51,331 nt of DNA from a virus (lineage: Duplodnaviria; Caudoviricetes), in IMG/VR virus record IMGVR_UViG_3300010206_000020, positions 1-51,331 of that record; one strand, written 5' to 3'. Every line of letters begins with the position of its first letter. The stretch's first letter is position 1. Below are positions 45,703 through 51,331 of this stretch, in pieces. The notes beneath the pieces are model-generated. The model had not been told where the DNA came from. It did no database searches and was given only the letters and a program-made list of their open reading frames with translations. A program made the translations under genes and the position numbers.

Positions 45703-47054
45703 CCTAAAACCTCTCTGATTGCGGTCCACAGCCTCATGAGGCTGGCTTGAATTGCCTCGTCGATAGACTCTTCGATCACACAAACGCGGACGAGGACTTG
45801 GCGCGTCTGATTGTGATTTGTGATGCGCAGCGCAGCTTGCTTCATGTCCTTCGGGGTGAAGGACTGTTCGACAAACCAGAGCACTGCAGCGGAGCTGAGG
45901 TCGATCGCTTCCCCTGCGGCCACGATCTGGCCGAGGAATACGCGTTTCGAGTTGTCGTGGAGAAAGGCCTGCTCAAGCGGCCCGCGTTGTGCGGGCGACG
46001 TCGCCCCGTCGAGGCGTAGTACGCCGAACTTCTCCAGCCCGAGCGCGAGCGCGTCGCCAACCTCTTTGTGCCAATACATCAGCACGATCTTGTCGAGCCC
46101 GCCTTCGAACTCGTCCTTCACCGCGTCGACCACGGCCCGAGCTTTGAGCACGCCCGTATTGCGGCGGAGCGCGCCGAGGTGCATTTCGAGGTCGCGGGTT
46201 TTGCCTTCGTCGATCGCCTTCAAGATCGCTTCGCGATCGACGTCGCCCTCGGCCTGGCGCCGCATCGCGGCGCTGACTTGCAGCGGCAGCAGCTCGTACC
46301 GCGGCTCGCGGATGCCGACTTCCTTCTGCGTGCGCTTCAACATGAAGCCCTGCAGCCGGGCGTTCAGCTCCTCGGTGTTGCGGCCGCCGACGATCACCGG
46401 GATACGCCGGAAGCGCGAAGTCTTCTTCATCCGCACGACGCAGTAGCGGCTCTCGAACGCGCTGTAGCGCGTGACGTCCGGCCAGCCGCGCGCCTGATCT
46501 GCGGCCAGCCTCTCGGGCGCGAGAGCGCGAAGCGCCGGATAGATGTCGCTCGGGTCGTGCGGCAGCGGCGTCCCGGTGAGGAGCCAGGTCCCCGCCGCTC
46601 TCGCGGCGATCGAGGCGGTTGTGTCGAGCACGGCCCCGTCGTCGCGCAACGTGCCGAAAACCGCCTGCGTGCGCTTGGTCTGGAAATTCTTGGCGGCGTG
46701 CGCTTCGTCGAGAATGGCGCGGTCGAAGCGCCGCGCCAGAAGCGCGGCGCGCATCGTCGGCTCGGCGATCTGCCCCCAGCCGACGATTGTAGCGCCGGCG
46801 AGTTTCATGGAGTGGCTCGGCGGTTCGCTCAAGATACGAACGGAACGGCCGAAGTCTGACCATGCCCCGAATGCCCGGTTCCAAACCGGGCGCCCCGAGG
46901 CGGTGGTAATAACAAGTATGTCTCTCTCGATGTTGAGATCGGCGCCCATGATCGCGGCGCCGGTTTTCCCGACGCGGGGCTCGTCGGCCAGTAGCGCGTT
47001 TTTATTCCTTGCCAGGAACAAACTGCCACTGTGCTGAGTGGGTAAAGGGATCAT
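45699..47054 (-). CDS. SNF2-like DEAH helicase
   Basis: LADEPRVGKT, ILDEAH, LTGTP, LDGAT, AAGEAIDL. Confidence 0.9.
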   Translation of the reverse strand: MIPLPTQHSGSLFLARNKNALLADEPRVGKTGAAIMGADLNIERDILVITTASGRPVWNRAFGAWSDFGRSVRILSEPPSHSMKLAGATIVGWGQIAEPTMRAALLARRFDRAILDEAHAAKNFQTKRTQAVFGTLRDDGAVLDTTASIAARAAGTWLLTGTPLPHDPSDIYPALRALAPERLAADQARGWPDVTRYSAFESRYCVVRMKKTSRFRRIPVIVGGRNTEELNARLQGFMLKRTQKEVGIREPRYELLPLQVSAAMRRQAEGDVDREAILKAIDEGKTRDLEMHLGALRRNTGVLKARAVVDAVKDEFEGGLDKIVLMYWHKEVGDALALGLEKFGVLRLDGATSPAQRGPLEQAFLHDNSKRVFLGQIVAAGEAIDLSSAAVLWFVEQSFTPKDMKQAALRITNHNQTRQVLVRVCVIEESIDEAIQASLMRLWTAIREVLG

Positions 47055-47120
47055 GCAGGCCTGAGGAAAACTGTCATTCTGTCTTGCTGGTATGTTGTTG
47101 TATGCTTCGATTGATTACAG

Positions 47121-47417
47121 TCAAGACAAATCTAAAGCCATTTCACCCGCGATCGCAAAATAGGCGGCGCCGTCAACGTAGGTGTCACGCACCGGCGCCG
47201 GCGACGTCGCCACGCGGCCGAGCTTGGTCAGCACCATGTCGAGCGCTTCCTGCTCGGCGGGCGTCAATTTGCGGCGCAGGTGCTTCCGGAAGACAGCCTT
47301 CAATTCACCCGCGCACGTCAGGTTCGCGTTCGGCGGCCCGTAGCTCGCCTCCCGGCCAACGCCGGTGATGCGGGCGCCCTCTTCCAAGATTTCTACGCGG
47401 ACCGGCTTTCTGCTCAT
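47121..47417 (-). CDS. DUF6378-like protein
   Basis: ILEEG..I....REASYG.P..N...MVLTKLGR......DTYVDGAAY. Confidence 0.75.
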   Translation of the reverse strand: MSRKPVRVEILEEGARITGVGREASYGPPNANLTCAGELKAVFRKHLRRKLTPAEQEALDMVLTKLGRVATSPAPVRDTYVDGAAYFAIAGEMALDLS

Positions 47418-47869
47418 GCGAACACTCCATCTGAACTAACAACTTCGCCGCGGGCCGCGGAGCGGCCGACGACACGGAAGACGCGAATTTCAGTTCGCGG
47501 GCGGTCGCTGTACCACTTCTCGACATGCCCGGACACTACCTGCTTGTCATCAACCCAAACGATCAGGTTGAGCGCGTCGGTCAGCTTGCCGTTGTTGTCC
47601 CAATCAGGCTTCACGCAGGGCCGGATCTCGCCGGCGAGTGCGGCTTTCCGCCACGCCTTGGACTTCGACGCAGGCACAGGTATGAACAGTTCGATTTCGA
47701 GGCGCACGGGACCGTCGAGCGGCGGCCGCCCGTTCATTGTCAGCTGCGCAGCGTACGCTAAGCGCCCTTCGTACGACACGGTCCGCTCGGGCGTGTAGGC
47801 GTGGCCGTCGGCCCCGCGCTTGACGCGCTCTTTCCCGCGGGGCGGCCCGGCCAATTCGATGTAAATCAC
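47414..47869 (-). CDS. rusA: RusA-family Holliday junction resolvase ending GVFA
   Basis: PRGKER, YTP, KPDWDN..K..DALN.IVWVDDKQVV. Confidence 0.9.
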   Translation of the reverse strand: MIYIELAGPPRGKERVKRGADGHAYTPERTVSYEGRLAYAAQLTMNGRPPLDGPVRLEIELFIPVPASKSKAWRKAALAGEIRPCVKPDWDNNGKLTDALNLIVWVDDKQVVSGHVEKWYSDRPRTEIRVFRVVGRSAARGEVVSSDGVFA

Positions 47870-48081
47870 GCCCGCACCGCAACAGCGTCTTGAGCGCTGT
47901 CGATCAAACGCACGCACTCTCTTCTGACCCGCGCGCTACGGGTGTGCATCTTGACGATTTCCAGCTCGTCGATAAGCTGCTCGATCGTCTCGCCGTCGTC
48001 GATCCGTCTCGCCGCGGCCAAGTCGGCCGCGATCGCAAAAAATTCGCGTTGCTCTAGCAGATCGTCCGGGTCAGTCGGCAT
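47866..48081 (-). CDS. Hypothetical protein in the cro position
   Basis: AGGTGA RBS; first gene of the leftward operon; no HTH recognised. Confidence 0.5.
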   Translation of the reverse strand: MPTDPDDLLEQREFFAIAADLAAARRIDDGETIEQLIDELEIVKMHTRSARVRRECVRLIDSAQDAVAVRA

Positions 48082-48131
48082 TACAATCACCTGCAAAACG
48101 CAGCCTTCGAGGCCGTTTCTGATTTTCTAAT

Positions 48132-48340
48132 GTATTACGTTGTATGTCACTCGTTCGGAGCGGTCAAGTATATTATGCCTAGATCACGCCTGGCGTCCAC
48201 TAGGATTTTTATCCGAATTTTCGATGAGCAAATTTGATCGTCGGAACTTTGTGGAACGCGATTGACCGAGCGTGTTTCGTATGCTATCGCCGGAATACAA
48301 GAGGCATACGGTGATGGCATATCGAATGCCATACGTATTG
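48132..48340. promoter_or_regulatory. Immunity region with divergent promoters and GTAT/ATAC operator-like sites
   Basis: Minus strand TTGACC-N17-TACAAC with ACGAGTGACATAC; plus strand TTGACC at 48262; GTATG-N10-AATAC at 48279-48298. Confidence 0.65.
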
Positions 48341-48350
48341 CGAGGCAAAG

Positions 48351-48785
48351 ATGGCGAAGTCGTACCGAACACACCTATCCCCCGCCGAGGCGCCCATGCC
48401 GAAGCTGATCCCGAAGCACCTTGCGAAGGACGAGTTCGCGCGCCGGCTGCTGCAGTTGATGCGCCGCAGGGGCTGGCGCCAAGCGGAGTTCGCGCGGCAG
48501 GCCGGGCTCACGCGCAACGCGATCTCGGTCTATCTGCGCGGCGACAGCCTGCCGAACCCCGACAGCCTGCAAAAGCTGGCCGCCGCGCTCGGCATGAAGG
48601 CCGAGGAGCTGCTGCCGAATTACAAAGAGGCGGCGATCGAGCGCGACAACCCCGAGCTTGAATTTCGCGTCTCGCCGGCCGAGCCCAAGACGGCTTGGCT
48701 CCGCATCAATCGGGCTATGCCGACGTCGCTGGCGATCAAGATCATGGGGCTGATTGAAGCGCATGACGCTGCCGAGACAACTTAG
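48351..48785 (+). CDS. XRE-family HTH repressor
   Basis: FARRL...RGWRQAEFARQAGLTRNAISVYLRG.SLP....LQKLAAALG. Confidence 0.88.
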   Translation: MAKSYRTHLSPAEAPMPKLIPKHLAKDEFARRLLQLMRRRGWRQAEFARQAGLTRNAISVYLRGDSLPNPDSLQKLAAALGMKAEELLPNYKEAAIERDNPELEFRVSPAEPKTAWLRINRAMPTSLAIKIMGLIEAHDAAETT

Positions 48786-49065
48786 CGAGGCCGAGGCCGC
48801 CGAGATCCTCAACGTGTCCGTTGGCACGGTCCGACGTCTCCGCCACCGCGGCAAGCTCGGCTACACGCCAGGGCGCCCGCCGCGGATCGGCGAAGACGAC
48901 ATTGAGCTTTACCTAAGGTGTATCAAATGCCGACCTACAGCCTACGACAGCATGACAACGGAACTTGGTACGTCCACTGGTCAGAAGGACGACGAAGCCG
49001 CCGCGTCAGCACTGGCGCGAAGAAAGAGGCTGCAGCGCAGGTTTTCCTCGCGGAATGGATCTTAG
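48763..49065 (+). CDS. xis: Excisionase-like HTH_17 protein
   Basis: LSEAEAAEILNVSVGTVRRL...GKL......RI. Confidence 0.75.
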   Translation: MTLPRQLSEAEAAEILNVSVGTVRRLRHRGKLGYTPGRPPRIGEDDIELYLRCIKCRPTAYDSMTTELGTSTGQKDDEAAASALARRKRLQRRFSSRNGS

Positions 49066-50006
49066 GTGGCCAACAGGAAGCTGCCGGCGGCGCGCTCGAT
49101 CTCACGGTGGCCGACCTTTGGGCGCAGTATTTCGAGCAGCACGTCGAAAAGAACTACATGACCGCCCGCCCCGCCGAGGTGGCGTGGAAGAACCTCGCCG
49201 TGCATTTCGCGGCGCTCAAACTTCCGGACTTCGTCAAGAAAGATGCCGACGGCGCCGACAAGGTCGAGCAATACGTGAAGCTGCGCGCCTCGGGCAAGAT
49301 CGGCCGGCGCCCGGCGGCGCGGGCGACGATTCGGTACGAGGTCGCCACGCTGAAAGCGTGCCTGAACTGGTGCGCGAAGCCGAAGGTTGCGATTATCAAG
49401 CCCGGCGCGGTGCCGGCGATCGACCTACCGCCGGATAGTGAGCCCCGCGACCGCTGGCTGCGCGCCGACGAGCTGAAAGCGCTGATCAGCGAAGCCGGCA
49501 AGCGTCGGCCCGGCGCGCGGCTGTCCGGGGCCGAGGTGTTTACCTGGCTCGCGCTGGAAACGGCCGCCCGGATGCAGGCCATTCTCGACCTGACTTGGGA
49601 CCGCGTCGACCTTGAAGCCGGCTTGGTGCATTACAACGTGCCGGGGCGCCGGAAGACGAAGAAGCGCCGCGTAAGCGTCCCCATGTCCAAGGCGCTGCGG
49701 CCGGTCCTGGCGCGCGCCTACGGCGAGCGCGACGGCGATCGCGTGGCCAACATCACGGCGTCGACCGCGGCCCGGCACCTGGCGGCGATCGCCGCCCGAG
49801 CGGGTGTTGACGGCGTCACGCCGCACGTCTTGCGGCACACCGCGGCGACGCACATGCTGCGGCGCGGTGTGGCGATCTGGATTGTTGCCGGCGTCCTCGG
49901 CGACACGGTCGAGACGGTTCAGAAGGTTTACGGCCACCATTGCCCCGAGGGGCTGGCCGACGGCGTGGAAATGATCTCGGGCGGCATTTTGGAGTTGGCA
50001 GAATGA
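48927..50006 (+). CDS. int: Tyrosine integrase
   Basis: TAAR, KTKK, HVLRHT, LGD (in place of LGH), catalytic VYGH. Confidence 0.93.
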   Translation: MPTYSLRQHDNGTWYVHWSEGRRSRRVSTGAKKEAAAQVFLAEWILGGQQEAAGGALDLTVADLWAQYFEQHVEKNYMTARPAEVAWKNLAVHFAALKLPDFVKKDADGADKVEQYVKLRASGKIGRRPAARATIRYEVATLKACLNWCAKPKVAIIKPGAVPAIDLPPDSEPRDRWLRADELKALISEAGKRRPGARLSGAEVFTWLALETAARMQAILDLTWDRVDLEAGLVHYNVPGRRKTKKRRVSVPMSKALRPVLARAYGERDGDRVANITASTAARHLAAIAARAGVDGVTPHVLRHTAATHMLRRGVAIWIVAGVLGDTVETVQKVYGHHCPEGLADGVEMISGGILELAE

Positions 50007-50215
50007 TCAAAGGAGGCAAGGCGTTCGCGGCGGGCTACGGCTGCGCTGTAGCCGGTTTGGCCCGCGACCACCGCGAAGATCAGCTCGCGGCGTACCTTCT
50101 GCGCGATAGCGGCATGGCCCTTTCCGCATTCGTTGACGCCGGCATGGACGACTACGATCTCGACGTCATCAAAGCGCTTTACCGGGAGGACGCGGCGGGA
50201 GGCGGCGGCAAATGA
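50003..50215 (+). CDS. Hypothetical protein
   Basis: ATGA overlap with int; GGAG RBS. Confidence 0.6.
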   Translation: MIKGGKAFAAGYGCAVAGLARDHREDQLAAYLLRDSGMALSAFVDAGMDDYDLDVIKALYREDAAGGGGK

Positions 50216-50397
50216 GCGATTGCGAATGCGAATTTGACGCTGACCCTGACGACCCGGATGAAAACACGCCGGAGAAGTCGTGGCACTTCCGTCGAACGTG
50301 CCCCGCTTGCGGCGGCAACTACTGGAGCTTGCATTGCGCGCACGATGGTATTCAACGCCCCTGCCCGCACTGCTTGAAGGTGCCGCGGCCGGCGTAA
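50212..50397 (+). CDS. Small Zn-ribbon protein
   Basis: CPACG...HCAH...CPHC; ATGA overlap; GGAGG RBS. Confidence 0.6.
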   Translation: MSDCECEFDADPDDPDENTPEKSWHFRRTCPACGGNYWSLHCAHDGIQRPCPHCLKVPRPA

Positions 50398-50568
50398 GCT
50401 TGAAGCGCGCGGCCTTGGGCGCAAGCCGCCCAAATTGAGCGCGGAACGCGGCATACTGAGATACGAAAAGGGATACAAATGAAACATACAAAGAGAAGAT
50501 GACGGCATACCACAGCGCAAACTCGGCTAGTCGCCTGAATTACAATCGGATTACAATTTCACTGGTTT

Positions 50569-50581
50569 AATATTAAGCTTT
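50569..50581 (+). repeat. Right att core AATATTAAGCTTT
   Basis: Identical to 2820-2832; downstream of the integrase. Confidence 0.8.
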
Positions 50582-50843
50582 TTCAGTCGTTTCATGTATT
50601 GGCGGATTGACTTTGGGCGATTCCCGCCTATGTTCCGGCTGTGATGCGGCCCGATATCGCAACAGCGATATCCCGAATGAGCCGCCTGTCCGCGATCCGA
50701 CGTCCCCGTGCAGATTGCTTGCCGCTCCGGGGTAGAGCGCGACAGTGATTTTCCAAGAATCCAGCGGCGGTTCGATCCAATGGCGTGATCCCGAGTTCCG
50801 GTATTTCCGTTTCGGATCAGGTCCCGCCGACAACAGAGGCTCA

Positions 50844-51331
<488 letters not shown>

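Larger units (their letters stand above)
2820..50581. mobile_element. Temperate podovirus-like prophage, ~47.7 kb
   Basis: Contains terminase, portal, capsid, tail, lysis, replication, repressor and integrase genes; flanked by 13-bp direct repeats with host genes outside. Confidence 0.93.

Noticed and set aside
41719-47428. C-terminal tag as a by-product of Shine-Dalgarno plus ATGA coupling
   Set aside because: This could contribute for four genes, but it does not explain the invariant Phe, the Ser-starting variants, or five genes with no overlapping downstream start.
50400-50840. tRNA or tmRNA at the integration site
   Set aside because: No cloverleaf or T-loop/CCA pattern was found at either end.

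Overview
GC-rich alphaproteobacterial DNA (Rhodopseudomonas/Bradyrhizobiaceae-like, inferred from GC content and gene style) containing an apparently complete ~47.7 kb temperate prophage. The prophage lies between two 13-bp direct repeats, AATATTAAGCTTT (2820-2832 and 50569-50581). The left copy overlaps the stop codon of a host AraC gene. Host flanks are a chemoreceptor and the AraC regulator on the left, and a DEAD-box helicase with a 1-nt frameshift on the right. The phage is podovirus-like: portal, scaffold, capsid, adaptor/nozzle and ejection proteins, two paralogous tail fibres, no tape measure. It carries its own replication module (PolA, primase-polymerase/helicase, SNF2 helicase, SSB, DUF2800, RusA), an iteron-like origin and a repressor-xis-int module. 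Main observations: (1) ten unrelated phage proteins end in the same tetrapeptide, [GS]-[ILV]-F-[GAD]-stop, encoded by varied codons, which suggests an undescribed phage-wide C-terminal tag; (2) a second short motif, G[HD]N[GS]G, appears in PolA, portal and GapR; (3) a self-contained four-gene operon encodes an Acb2-like sponge, a RyR-domain protein and two unknown proteins, a candidate anti-defence island. All product calls come from motifs recognised by eye; no database search was run.
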